This document shows, one piece after another, positions 1-9,584 of a DNA stretch of 64,000 bases. The position numbers and the translations under genes are program-made. Source of the DNA: Candidatus Ozemobacteraceae bacterium (GTDB taxonomy: Bacteria > Muiribacteriota > Ozemobacteria > Ozemobacterales > Ozemobacteraceae). The notes beneath the pieces are model-generated. The model made no database searches. It was not told where the DNA came from and saw only the letters and a program-made list of their open reading frames with translations. Each line of letters starts with the position of its first letter. Position 1 is the first letter of the stretch. Where the stretch lies: contig OZ223236.1 of assembly GCA_965140445.1 (NCBI GenBank), positions 3,776,001 to 3,840,000 of the forward strand. Reading direction: 5' to 3'.

Positions 1-127
1 AAGCTTTAAATATGCTCCAAAACCGACCTTAGCTATTGGATCAACACTTACGTCAGAAAAAAGGATTGTTTCTTTCATTAAATTTAATCGAGACCTTCTG
101 CACTTAATTTTCGCCTATTTCCATGGC

Positions 128-162
128 AAAATAAAATACAGGAGATCCATTCCCCTGTATTT
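128..162 (-). terminator. Probable intrinsic terminator after the TfoX-N gene
   Basis: AAATACAGG(134-142)/CCTGTATTT(154-162) inverted repeat; T-rich tail on the minus strand. Confidence 0.55.
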
Positions 163-192
163 GGTTTGTTTTATGTGAATAAAAGAATGATT

Positions 193-522
193 TTATTTTG
201 GAGGTAGTGAATCTGCAAAAGTCTCGCAGAGATTTACCCAAACCTTCAAATCATCATCATTTGTAACACCATCTGGTTTAACCATAACAAATCCAGGTAT
301 CGGAGCACCCATCAAATCCATTGGACGGGCATGTGGCAATGTTAAAGCTTCCTGATACTTATCTGGACCGACTCGAGCCATCAGATCATCATTCAAAACA
401 CCAATACATTTGTGGTTTGAGACTTTGAATGCAAGGCCGCCATACATCCCTTCTTCCTGCAAATCACTTCTGTGTGATAAGGCCTCTCTTAATCTTTGCG
501 CTAAAGTTTCGTTATAAGCCAT
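193..522 (-). CDS. TfoX/Sxy N-terminal domain protein
   Basis: MAYNETLAQRLR...MYGGLAF...LMARVG...ARPMD...GFVMV...WV pattern typical of stand-alone TfoX_N proteins. Confidence 0.8.
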   Translation of the reverse strand: MAYNETLAQRLREALSHRSDLQEEGMYGGLAFKVSNHKCIGVLNDDLMARVGPDKYQEALTLPHARPMDLMGAPIPGFVMVKPDGVTNDDDLKVWVNLCETFADSLPPK

Positions 523-668
523 AGTTCATTTCCAATCCTTTTTTGAAGTCTATGCCTTTTAGTGGCATCAATTTTAAGTTCTGGAAAACTTACCAGATTC
601 ATTTATTCATGGCAAATTACTGTAATTCTGTAGTTTGAGCAAATGATTTTTTGGAATTTTGCTCTGGG

Positions 669-1358
669 TTAATTAATTCTATTTCCTGGGCTAGTCTTTA
701 AAGCTTCATACAAGGCAAAGCTATCAAACAATAATTTTTTAAACCCACCCGGCTCAATTCTTTTCCCCAGGTGAAAAACCATTATTCTGTCAGCAGCTTC
801 GAACTGGATATTTTCATCTTTGAGCGATACAAATCTATTACGCAATCTCTGGTTAAACAATTTTCGAACCAAAGCCTCATTATCACCCTGCAGGACGAAA
901 GCATCAGAAAAGTTCTTGTCCTCTGCAAAATTGATGTCCTGGCCACCAAAAAGCTTACCAAGAAAATCAAACAATCTGATCTCTTTGCGCAAAAAGCATC
1001 TGGGAAGAGACAGATCTGGTGACTCCAGCAAGCACACGCTTTGGATGTGAGTCTGACTGTTTTTGCCATGTCCGGTAACGTATGAATATTCCGCAATAAT
1101 AATTTCAACGTTATCTTTACTGCCAATTAAGCAATTTCTCGCTCTTCTACTTCGGCCAGTGCTAAATAGCTTGAGCTTTTCGAACTTTTGAAAAATCCCA
1201 TTGGAATATTCTATATACTTAAAGCCCGTGCTGCTGGATATTTTTTTCCAGCCTTCTCTTCGCTTTTTATCCATTATCTGGGAATAAATAAAGGCAATAA
1301 CGGCTAAAACAATAAAAAAACCAAAACCGCAATAAAGGATTAATTCACTTTTATCCAC
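669..1358 (-). CDS. Membrane-anchored hypothetical protein, paralog 4 of 4
   Basis: GTG start with GGAG RBS; N-terminal TM then KKRR; shared motif FDFLGKLFGGQDINFxEDxxFSDAFVLQG. Confidence 0.85.
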   Translation of the reverse strand: MDKSELILYCGFGFFIVLAVIAFIYSQIMDKKRREGWKKISSSTGFKYIEYSNGIFQKFEKLKLFSTGRSRRARNCLIGSKDNVEIIIAEYSYVTGHGKNSQTHIQSVCLLESPDLSLPRCFLRKEIRLFDFLGKLFGGQDINFAEDKNFSDAFVLQGDNEALVRKLFNQRLRNRFVSLKDENIQFEAADRIMVFHLGKRIEPGGFKKLLFDSFALYEALKTSPGNRIN

Positions 1359-1376
1359 TATATCTCCTGCAATAAA

Positions 1377-2060
1377 CTATGCTTGATCGTTCTGTCTGGC
1401 TTTTATAGCATCAAAAATGGCAAAGCTATCAAAAAGCATTTTCTTAACTTCATTTGGCTGAATATATTTGCCCCGGTGAAAAATCATTGTATTACCAAGA
1501 GCTTCAAATTGGATATTTTCATCTTTAAAACTGCTGAAACGATTGCGAACTTGTTGGTTAAACAGGTTTCGAACGGCACCTTCATCTTCCCCCTGTAAAA
1601 CAAAAGCGTCAGAAAAAGTTTTATCTTCCGCAAAGTTAATGTCCTGCCCACCAAAAAGTTTTCCAAGAAAATCAAAAAGCTTCACTTCTTTTCTTACAAA
1701 ACAATGCGGAATAGACAGTTCAGGGCTGGAAAGCAAGCATAGGGTCTGCATATGCGTAGTGCTGTTTTTTCCGCTGCCAGTGACATAAGAATAGTCAGCT
1801 AAAACGATTTCCACTTCTTCTTTCGAACCACGTAGACAGTTATAAACATCATGCCTTCTACCTTTACTGAACAGCTTTAGTTTGGAATAGGTAGATAAAA
1901 TCTCTGGTGCTTTCTCGTAATATTCAAAACCTGTGCTTGCGGCAATTTTTCGCCAGGCCTCTTTTCGTTTCTTTTCCTGAAGCCATGCATAATAGACCAA
2001 CCCTACAATAAAAATCAAAACTCCTATAAATATTGCTACACCTACAAAATCTTCACTCAT
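1377..2060 (-). CDS. Membrane-anchored hypothetical protein, paralog 3 of 4
   Basis: Start moved to ATG 2060 (MSEDFVG, GGAGGG RBS); same family motifs; closest to 669-1358. Confidence 0.85.
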   Translation of the reverse strand: MSEDFVGVAIFIGVLIFIVGLVYYAWLQEKKRKEAWRKIAASTGFEYYEKAPEILSTYSKLKLFSKGRRHDVYNCLRGSKEEVEIVLADYSYVTGSGKNSTTHMQTLCLLSSPELSIPHCFVRKEVKLFDFLGKLFGGQDINFAEDKTFSDAFVLQGEDEGAVRNLFNQQVRNRFSSFKDENIQFEALGNTMIFHRGKYIQPNEVKKMLFDSFAIFDAIKARQNDQA

Positions 2061-2169
2061 AAGCCCTCCAAAAAGTTTTGCTTCTAAATTTAAACTTCCA
2101 TCAAAGTAAAAAAATGCGCCAGAGTAACATCCATCAAAACCTCTGTTAACATAATGATACAAAATTTTT

Positions 2170-2847
2170 CTATTGAGCGATATTTTCTTTTAAAGCCTCC
2201 ACAATTTCAAGGCCATTTGCCAGCATTTGAGGCATTTCAGCTGGTTCAATAAATCGGCTATAATGAAAGAGAACAACATCCTCAAAAGCCTCAAATCTAA
2301 TATCTTCCTTCTTCAGGCTTACGAAACAATTTCTCACCTTTTGTGAAAAATAGGTTTTAACATCATATTCATCCGAACCTTTCAAAATAAAATCGCTTGA
2401 AAAAGCAAAATCATTTTCAAAGTTAATATCCTGCCCGCCCAGAATTTTTATCAGATAGTCTAGCCCCAACGCCTCAGGCAACAAATTGCATCTTGGCATG
2501 TTTAGCTCTTTAAGCCTCAAAATACATAAGGTTTGTTTCCATACCGTAAAGCTATCCCCTAATTTTGTTACATATGAAAAATCAGCAACAATTATTTCCA
2601 CGTCATCTTTAAAGCCCCTTAAGCAATTTGTGATAGAAGGGTTTTCGCCGATACCAAGCTCGTTCATTTTTTTGTATTCAACTAAAATTTCAGGGGCCTT
2701 AAACGAGTATATCAATCCCGTCTTTTTCGCAATTTTGATCCATTTTGCCTTACGGGCTTTAGCCTTGGAATACTCATGCCACAGAACAAAGGCTAACAAA
2801 AGAACAGTAGCAACGGCCGCCAAAAAATAAATTGTAAAGTCTGACAA
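2170..2847 (-). CDS. Membrane-anchored hypothetical protein, paralog 2 of 4
   Basis: TTG start with GAGGAGG RBS; TM plus DFSYVT and GGQDINFEND motifs. Confidence 0.85.
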   Translation of the reverse strand: MSDFTIYFLAAVATVLLLAFVLWHEYSKAKARKAKWIKIAKKTGLIYSFKAPEILVEYKKMNELGIGENPSITNCLRGFKDDVEIIVADFSYVTKLGDSFTVWKQTLCILRLKELNMPRCNLLPEALGLDYLIKILGGQDINFENDFAFSSDFILKGSDEYDVKTYFSQKVRNCFVSLKKEDIRFEAFEDVVLFHYSRFIEPAEMPQMLANGLEIVEALKENIAQ

Positions 2848-2913
2848 AATTGCCTCCTCATAAAGGCCTGTTACAAATTTTCCAAAAGGATATGTCGCCT
2901 TGGAATTTAGGAG

Positions 2914-3597
2914 TCACGCCCTATTTCCCTCACTATTCTTAAGGGCTTCAAACAATGTAAATGCATCTTCCAACATATTGTCCATTTCACTGGGGGCAAG
3001 ATGTCTCCCATAATGAATAACAATTGTTCTGCCCTTCCCTTCAAAAACAAGTTTTCTATCACTAACCGCGCAAAACTGGTCCCTCACCTCTTGATCAAAA
3101 AGGCGTCTAATTCTTTCCACTTCAAGCCCGTTTAGAATAAAAGCATCTGAAAAGCTTTTGTCATCATAAAAATTGATATCTTTTGCTCCAAAAACTTTTC
3201 CAATAAAATCAAAAAACCGATTTTCCCTTCTCGCAAAACACCCCGGCAAATTTAGGTCTTTACTGTCCAAAATGCACAGGGTCTGTCCATAATAGCTTCT
3301 GTTTTTGCCATGTCCAACCACATAGGAATAGTCTGTAACTATAACTTCCACGCCATCCCTGGTGGTTCTAATGCAATTGAAAACTCTCGGACTATGGCCC
3401 TTCTTAAAAATTTTCAACTCAGGAAAAGTTCCACGTATTTCTGGAGCTTCGACTGAATAATCATAGCCATAGGCTTTTGCATGTGCTTCCCACTCCATGG
3501 CCCGTTTTTTCCTTCTGTGCCACTTCCATAAAATGTAAACACAAAGAATTGCAAACAATGCAAAAGTGAATAATGTGATCTTAATGTTAAATTCCAA
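2914..3597 (-). CDS. Membrane-anchored hypothetical protein, paralog 1 of 4
   Basis: TTG start; TM plus DYSYVVGHGKN and GAKDINFYDDKSFSDAF motifs. Confidence 0.85.
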   Translation of the reverse strand: MEFNIKITLFTFALFAILCVYILWKWHRRKKRAMEWEAHAKAYGYDYSVEAPEIRGTFPELKIFKKGHSPRVFNCIRTTRDGVEVIVTDYSYVVGHGKNRSYYGQTLCILDSKDLNLPGCFARRENRFFDFIGKVFGAKDINFYDDKSFSDAFILNGLEVERIRRLFDQEVRDQFCAVSDRKLVFEGKGRTIVIHYGRHLAPSEMDNMLEDAFTLFEALKNSEGNRA

Positions 3598-3604
3598 AAT
3601 TTAC

Positions 3605-3626
3605 CCCGCAGTCCCGCAGCCCGCAG
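3605..3626. repeat. Three near-tandem CCCGCAG heptamers overlapping the RBS of the first array gene
   Basis: CCCGCAG at 3605, 3613 and 3620. Confidence 0.8.
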
Positions 3627-3686
3627 TTCCACATACACCCTATCAAAAGACCCTCAAAAACTCATTGCAAAGAAGATTATGAAATC

Positions 3687-4124
3687 CTAGATTTCAAGCT
3701 TAAGCCGACTCTTAACCTTTAACAAATCCTCGGTGCTTGCCTTTAGATGGTCAGAAACAAATTCCACTGAATCAAAATTCATAATAAATCTTGCGCTGGT
3801 GACATCAGTTCTTTCCTGCATGGGTAAAACGTGCGCGTGGGTATGAGGAATATCATTACCCGTAAAAATGAATGCCACCCGTTCAACCTCATAAACCTTC
3901 TTTAAATGTTTTGCAATCTTTTGCCCCACATTAATAATTTTCCCGGCAAGCTCAGGAGGCAAAGTTTCAAATGTTTCAAAGTGTTTCTTGGGAATAATCT
4001 GACAATGACCTTCTCTAATAGGCCTTATATCAAGAAAAACAAGAATATCCTCGTCTTCCCATAAAACTACAGAATCAATAACTTTTGCTCCGATCTGGCA
4101 AAACAGACAATTTTCCAAAACCAT
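3687..4124 (-). CDS. HIT family hydrolase
   Basis: CLFC N-terminus, FLDIRP, GH, HTHAHV histidine triad; exact start uncertain. Confidence 0.9.
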   Translation of the reverse strand: MVLENCLFCQIGAKVIDSVVLWEDEDILVFLDIRPIREGHCQIIPKKHFETFETLPPELAGKIINVGQKIAKHLKKVYEVERVAFIFTGNDIPHTHAHVLPMQERTDVTSARFIMNFDSVEFVSDHLKASTEDLLKVKSRLKLEI

Positions 4125-4173
4125 TCTCCAACCGTTCAAATAATGAGTTCATTCAATGTTCAACTAAACTAGA

Positions 4174-4626
4174 TTAACTGACAACAACTTTACAAACACT
4201 CTCTTCCGAATGAATTCGCACCAAAACTTTATCAGCACCAAGACGATAAAGGTTAGCCAGACGATGCAAGCCGTCAAGCACGCACAGCCGTTTTTCAAAA
4301 GATACAAAGTCTAATGGGAAGGTTGTATCCGCGCTTACTACCCTTTCATACTGCCAGGGAGAAAGATTCGGATCAGTCAAAACCTCCAGCGGAGTAACAT
4401 TAAATTTCATGCCGCAACCAGCTTCTTTTGTCCAGAATGGCAAAGCCAGTAAATACAAAAATTCCTGTATGCTTTTCTCCTGCAGCGGAGCTGAAAGCTT
4501 CCAAACCTTCTTAACATCCCAATTAAAGGGTAAAAGATGATCCTGCAATGACAAGGGAATTTTTTTCTGCACTAATCCTGCTCCCCGGAACCCCAGAATA
4601 AATTGCGGCATATTAACCAATACCAA
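4174..4626 (-). CDS. ParB/sulfiredoxin N-terminal-like protein
   Basis: FPLDF...VLDGLHRLA motif; start uncertain. Confidence 0.55.
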   Translation of the reverse strand: MVLVNMPQFILGFRGAGLVQKKIPLSLQDHLLPFNWDVKKVWKLSAPLQEKSIQEFLYLLALPFWTKEAGCGMKFNVTPLEVLTDPNLSPWQYERVVSADTTFPLDFVSFEKRLCVLDGLHRLANLYRLGADKVLVRIHSEESVCKVVVS

Positions 4627-4705
4627 CTAATGTTACCGCAAAGGTACATTCCACGCCTATTCTTTTTTGACCGTTATAGTGTTAAAATACCCATAGGAGA
4701 TAACT

Positions 4706-5089
4706 ATGATTTCGGACCTCGATAGTATAAAAAAACAAGCCTTCATCTATGATCTTGATGAAGATTTTGTAATCATTGCCGGAAGAACCAGCCGCGATAA
4801 TGACTTTATAAGTATGAAGGTTGCCGGGCAAACTGACTGGTGGTTCCATGTCAGCGGAGTCCCTGGAAGCCATGTATTACTTCGCTCAAAAAATGGAGCA
4901 GAACCAGACAAAAAACTGCTTGAGATTGCTGCTTCAGTAGCTGCATATCACAGCAAAGCCAGAAATGCAGGAACAACTGCTGTCTCTGGCACTCTAGCGA
5001 AAAATGTAAGTAAACCCAGTGGCGTTCCTGCTGGTACGGTCTATATAAAGAAAGAAAGGACTTTTAAAGTCAAACCTGCCCTACCTTAG
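4706..5089 (+). CDS. NFACT-R (DUF814) RNA-binding domain protein
   Basis: GRTSRDND, DWWFHV, PGSHV, AAYHSKA, VSKPSG motifs; GGAG RBS. Confidence 0.9.
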   Translation: MISDLDSIKKQAFIYDLDEDFVIIAGRTSRDNDFISMKVAGQTDWWFHVSGVPGSHVLLRSKNGAEPDKKLLEIAASVAAYHSKARNAGTTAVSGTLAKNVSKPSGVPAGTVYIKKERTFKVKPALP

Positions 5090-5106
5090 ATATGATGGAG
5101 GATCAC

Positions 5107-6078
5107 ATGAATAAAAAATATATCTTGCTAGCCATAGCAATTTCTCTTTGTTTAAGCATTTCCGCTGATGCTGCGAATAGAAGACGGGGAAAAAATGGTA
5201 AAAAACCCATTCCTGAAGCTCTCAAAAAATTTGATTTGAATATGGATGGCAAAATCACTTTCGAAGAAAGAAAAGCGTATCTTGATGCGCAAAGAAATAA
5301 AACTCCCATTGAAGCCAGTGATAATAATCAAGATGGCAAGTTGGATAAGTACGAAAGAATTATGGCCCGCGATAGAAAGATAAAAGAAATGGATAAGGAC
5401 GGGGATGGGAAAATAAGTAAAGAAGAACGACAAGCGGGAATGGCAGCTAGAAAAGCGGCTATGGAAGAAAAAATGAAACAAAGAATAGCTGAATTTGATG
5501 CTGATGGCGACGGAATGCTTTCAGATGCAGAAAAAGCCAATGCCAGACAATCCAGACTCCAGAATTTGAAAACAAAAAATCCAGAAGCCTACCAAAAGCT
5601 GATAACAAAATTCGATAAAAATGGTGATGGCATACTTGACGCCACAGAATTGAAGCCGGATTTCAATAAGATGAAACCACGCCCCACAGGATCTGGCTCA
5701 GCTGGGTTTATGAACGATACAAACAGGGGAATGTTTAGAAGGAATGGTCAGCCAAAAGCTTTCGGTCAGCAAAAAGCTTTTGGCCAGGAAAATCCTCAAA
5801 AAATTGAAAATCAAGAAAACAAGCCATTCCCTCGAAACCCCGGTTTATTCCCACGAAAAAACGGCAACTCTCCATTTGGAAAAAAACCTGAAACAAATGC
5901 AACTGGTGATGATGGCGGATTTCTAACTGGCGTAGACGAAGGACCAAGACCAATGATTGACGGACCTGGCAACCCTCAGGCAATTCATGATGCCAATCAG
6001 GAAAACCTCAATGCAGAAACAGACCAGCAGAACATGAGTAGCGAAGATGAAAAGCTTCTTGAATTGTTGGACTTCTGA
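5107..6078 (+). CDS. Secreted multi-EF-hand Ca-binding protein with low-complexity tail
   Basis: Signal peptide MNKKYILL...ADA; five DxN/DxDG loops (DLNMDG, DNNQDG, DKDGDG, DADGDG, DKNGDG); GGAGG RBS before 5107. Confidence 0.8.
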   Translation: MNKKYILLAIAISLCLSISADAANRRRGKNGKKPIPEALKKFDLNMDGKITFEERKAYLDAQRNKTPIEASDNNQDGKLDKYERIMARDRKIKEMDKDGDGKISKEERQAGMAARKAAMEEKMKQRIAEFDADGDGMLSDAEKANARQSRLQNLKTKNPEAYQKLITKFDKNGDGILDATELKPDFNKMKPRPTGSGSAGFMNDTNRGMFRRNGQPKAFGQQKAFGQENPQKIENQENKPFPRNPGLFPRKNGNSPFGKKPETNATGDDGGFLTGVDEGPRPMIDGPGNPQAIHDANQENLNAETDQQNMSSEDEKLLELLDF

Positions 6079-6100
6079 TTCACATTTTTACTTAAAATAA

Positions 6101-6139
6101 AAAAGGTGTCTTTCAGCCATAGGCCGAAAGACACCTTTT
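6101..6139. terminator. Bidirectional intrinsic terminator
   Basis: AAAAGGTGTCTTTC / GAAAGACACCTTTT between convergent genes. Confidence 0.85.
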
Positions 6140-6155
6140 GTTTTTAGTAATTCAC

Positions 6156-6926
6156 TTACCTGAGATCGAAACTGCTAAAATCAACTCCCGGGTAAAAAAT
6201 TCTTGGCGGGAAACCAACTTCAAATCTGGTATCAATGGTCATACCACCATTTTTTTCGTAAATCTCAAGTTGTTTTTTTATAGATTCTATCCTGAATACC
6301 TCAGCCATAACCCAGGTCATCTGTTCCTGATAAATATATTCAGTAAGCTCTATTAAAGGTTTTAATCGATTAAGAACATCTAAATTATGTTCTTTCGTCT
6401 TTTTTGCATTTTCATTTTTGGGCATTTCATTATCAACCATAGCAAAGCTTTCATCCCAAACAGATCTAATGGTAAAAAAGGATTTATCAATTTCTTTATC
6501 AAAAATCAGATCCTTCATCTCTTCAGTAGCAATATCAGCTAAAGCAATTAACATTTCGCGATCAGCCTTGCTTTTAAAACTACCCACACCCAGGCATCCG
6601 TAAAAATTTTTTAATCCGCCCTGAATTCGCTTGGCCCTTTCATTTAAGGAAATGGACAATCCCATTAGCCCAGCACCAATAGGTTTATTTGGCTCAACAA
6701 CAAAAATATTTTTCAGGTTGCGAAAAAGTACGTCTACAATCGCTGCTTTTGCAGATTCACTTACAACTTTTGACTGACTCTCCAGCTTTCCAAAAAGGTT
6801 GCGCAAAACAATGAACTTATTGATATACGGACTTCTAACGCTACCAGTCGGCACAGGAAAGCGTGCATAACCTGAAGCAGTCACTAGAATCATAAAACAA
6901 AGAAAAGCAATAGTTTTTCTAACCAT
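6156..6926 (-). CDS. Secreted hypothetical protein
   Basis: Long ORF; signal peptide MVRKTIAFLCFMILVTASGYA; GGAG RBS. Confidence 0.7.
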   Translation of the reverse strand: MVRKTIAFLCFMILVTASGYARFPVPTGSVRSPYINKFIVLRNLFGKLESQSKVVSESAKAAIVDVLFRNLKNIFVVEPNKPIGAGLMGLSISLNERAKRIQGGLKNFYGCLGVGSFKSKADREMLIALADIATEEMKDLIFDKEIDKSFFTIRSVWDESFAMVDNEMPKNENAKKTKEHNLDVLNRLKPLIELTEYIYQEQMTWVMAEVFRIESIKKQLEIYEKNGGMTIDTRFEVGFPPRIFYPGVDFSSFDLR

Positions 6927-7136
6927 GAATCTCTCCCTATTATTCAATTTATTAAATAATTACAAAGATAAACTTATCATCAAAACATCACCATTAATAG
7001 AGTAAATTTGCAGTTTATTGTAGAATATAAATATCAAAGAAAAAATTAAACCCTCCCTGATTAATTCAATATTCACAGCAGCACATTTAATGTTTTTTCG
7101 TAATTGCTTATTTCTAGCGGTTAATGGGAGATATGA

Positions 7137-9548
7137 ATGAAAAAGATAGCCAGACTAGAGTTTAAATCTAATTCAGCAAAAAAGGTTTCTGTGGCTGGAG
7201 ACTTCAATAGATGGTGTGGATCTGAGGATGGAATTCTGGATTTAGATTCCGGAAAAATGACAAGAGACAGCGATGGCATATGGTTCTTTGAACTAAAAAA
7301 GATTGATCCGGGAACCCACTTTTATAAATTCATCGTGGATGAAAAATGGGAACATGGGCAAAACAGAACTTTCTTTATAGATGAAAACCTGGAATTACTT
7401 GATCCAACTGGAGGCATAAAAGAAGTTGTTTTAATGACTCCAAACCTTATCAAGGTAGAGTTTAGCGATTTAGCGCAAATTCCGACTGCACCTTCCAAAG
7501 AAGATTTTAAAATTTTCCCGGAAGGTGAAGTTTTAGATTTAAAAGTAATTGATGCTGAAACTAACAAAGGAGTCGTTCTTGAATTAACCTGCGATCGTAT
7601 CAATGTTTGTAGTTCCATTACCCTCGAAATCAGCAATTTATGCAAAAGACCAATTATCAGACCGGTTAAGCATGACGGACTTTTTCAAAACTTTTTCATA
7701 TCTGATAAAGAGCTTGGAGTTACAATTGATCCAGGCACAGGAGATACCATTTTTCGAGTTTTTGCCCCAAGAGCAACGGCAGTTAAGTTAAGAATTTTCT
7801 CAGACGAACAAGCTTCAGTTCAAGAATATGAAGCCACTGGCTGGAAGGATTCAGACGGGGTCTGGGAAATCAGTGCCCCAGGAGTTTGGTGGGGAAAATT
7901 CTATGGCTTTAATCTTGACGGGCCATCAAATGATTTTGAAGGCTTTAAGCCAGAGGTTTTATGGCCGGACCCATATTGCAAAGCCTCATGGTTTCATAAT
8001 GGGCCATCAATCCTGATATCGCCAGACCAAGCCTCCGATGGGTTTAAAGAATGGAACGATGAGTTTTTCAAGACTCCTGAAAAAAGCGAATTAGTTATCT
8101 GGGAAGCCTCAGTTAGGGACATGACTACCCATCCATCTGCAAAAATTGCAGATAAGCTTTGTGGAAAATATCTCGGGATTGTTGATTCCAGAGTTCAAAA
8201 AACTGTAATTGAACATATTAAAACTCTTGGAGTCAATGCAGTAGAGCTTCTACCGGTATTCGAATTTGACGACAACCCTCCAGGCTCATATCACTGGGGA
8301 TATATGCCCAGCCTTTTCTTTGCCCCTGAAGCATCTTATGCAGTGAATCCACGAGGTGGTCAGGTTAATGAATTTAAGGCAATGGTTAACGCCTTGCATA
8401 AAGAAGGTCTGGCAGTAATTTTAGACGTTGTCTACAATCATACTGGTCTTCCAAACACGCTAATGGGTATGGATAAGCAATATTACTTCAGACATGATGG
8501 AAATATGGGGTTATTAAACTTTAGCGGTTGTGGGAATGATTTAAAAACAGAAAACCCAATGGTTAGAAAGCTTATAATTGACAGTTTAAAACATTGGATA
8601 CAGGAATATCATATTGATGGTTTCAGATTTGATCTGGCCGAACTCATAGACCATCAAACTCTCATTGACATCGAGAGAGAACTAACTTCCATAAAAGAGG
8701 ATATTGTCCTGATAGCAGAGCCATGGAGTTTCAGAGGAACCCTGAAAGGGAAGCTCAAAGGCACCAGCTGGGCAAGCTGGAATGATGATTTCAGAAATGG
8801 GGTCAGAGACTTTTGCCTGGAAAAACTGGATTCAGACAAATTAGGCGCAATACTCTGCGGTTCTTTAAAAACATGGACGGATCACCCTCTTCAGGCAGTA
8901 AATTATGTGGAATCCCATGATAACTACACTCTGGTTGACCATCTTTCTCAAACAAAGACAAAAAATGGATCTCAGCCAATGGACATTGATATCAGAAGAA
9001 ACCTTTTCTGCGCAGGCGCAACAATGCTTAGTCCTGGAATCCCAATGATTGCTGGTGGACAAGAGATGCTTAGAAGCAAAAAGGGGAATGAAAACTCTTA
9101 TAACGCCGGCGATGAGATAAATTGGATAAATTATGATCTGAAGAAAAAGTTTCCCTCTGTATTCAATTTTTATTCAGGTTTAATTGAATTTAGAAAGTCT
9201 CGTGATTTTGATCTGGTAAGGCTTGCAGATAAAGAGACCTGTCTTATGGCAAAAGAAATATACGCCGGAAAGGACGAAATTGGCATTTACTGGAGTCTCA
9301 TTGAAAAACCTGGACAGGACGTATTGATACTATTAAATAGAAATCCATTGAAATCCGCATTATTTGAGCTTAAGATAAATCACGGTGCGTGGAGACGTGC
9401 TGTGGGTGATTATCGAGTTTTTCTGGAAAAATCAATAGAATCCAAAGAAATCTACATATCCCGCAAAGAGAGAGATAAAGTTCAATTTCTTGTACCACCA
9501 ATGGGAATAGAAGTCTGGATTCCTGAAAAAAATAGAAATCGCTTTTAA
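7137..9548 (+). CDS. pulA: Type I pullulanase / GH13 debranching enzyme with N-terminal CBM48-like domain
   Basis: VAGDFNRW, YHWGY, ILDVVYNHT, DGFRFDLA, IAEPW, NYVESHDN, GQEMLRSK...NSYNAGD. Confidence 0.85.
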   Translation: MKKIARLEFKSNSAKKVSVAGDFNRWCGSEDGILDLDSGKMTRDSDGIWFFELKKIDPGTHFYKFIVDEKWEHGQNRTFFIDENLELLDPTGGIKEVVLMTPNLIKVEFSDLAQIPTAPSKEDFKIFPEGEVLDLKVIDAETNKGVVLELTCDRINVCSSITLEISNLCKRPIIRPVKHDGLFQNFFISDKELGVTIDPGTGDTIFRVFAPRATAVKLRIFSDEQASVQEYEATGWKDSDGVWEISAPGVWWGKFYGFNLDGPSNDFEGFKPEVLWPDPYCKASWFHNGPSILISPDQASDGFKEWNDEFFKTPEKSELVIWEASVRDMTTHPSAKIADKLCGKYLGIVDSRVQKTVIEHIKTLGVNAVELLPVFEFDDNPPGSYHWGYMPSLFFAPEASYAVNPRGGQVNEFKAMVNALHKEGLAVILDVVYNHTGLPNTLMGMDKQYYFRHDGNMGLLNFSGCGNDLKTENPMVRKLIIDSLKHWIQEYHIDGFRFDLAELIDHQTLIDIERELTSIKEDIVLIAEPWSFRGTLKGKLKGTSWASWNDDFRNGVRDFCLEKLDSDKLGAILCGSLKTWTDHPLQAVNYVESHDNYTLVDHLSQTKTKNGSQPMDIDIRRNLFCAGATMLSPGIPMIAGGQEMLRSKKGNENSYNAGDEINWINYDLKKKFPSVFNFYSGLIEFRKSRDFDLVRLADKETCLMAKEIYAGKDEIGIYWSLIEKPGQDVLILLNRNPLKSALFELKINHGAWRRAVGDYRVFLEKSIESKEIYISRKERDKVQFLVPPMGIEVWIPEKNRNRF

Positions 9549-9584
9549 AACAAAACACATTAAGGTCATTGCAGAGATAATTAG

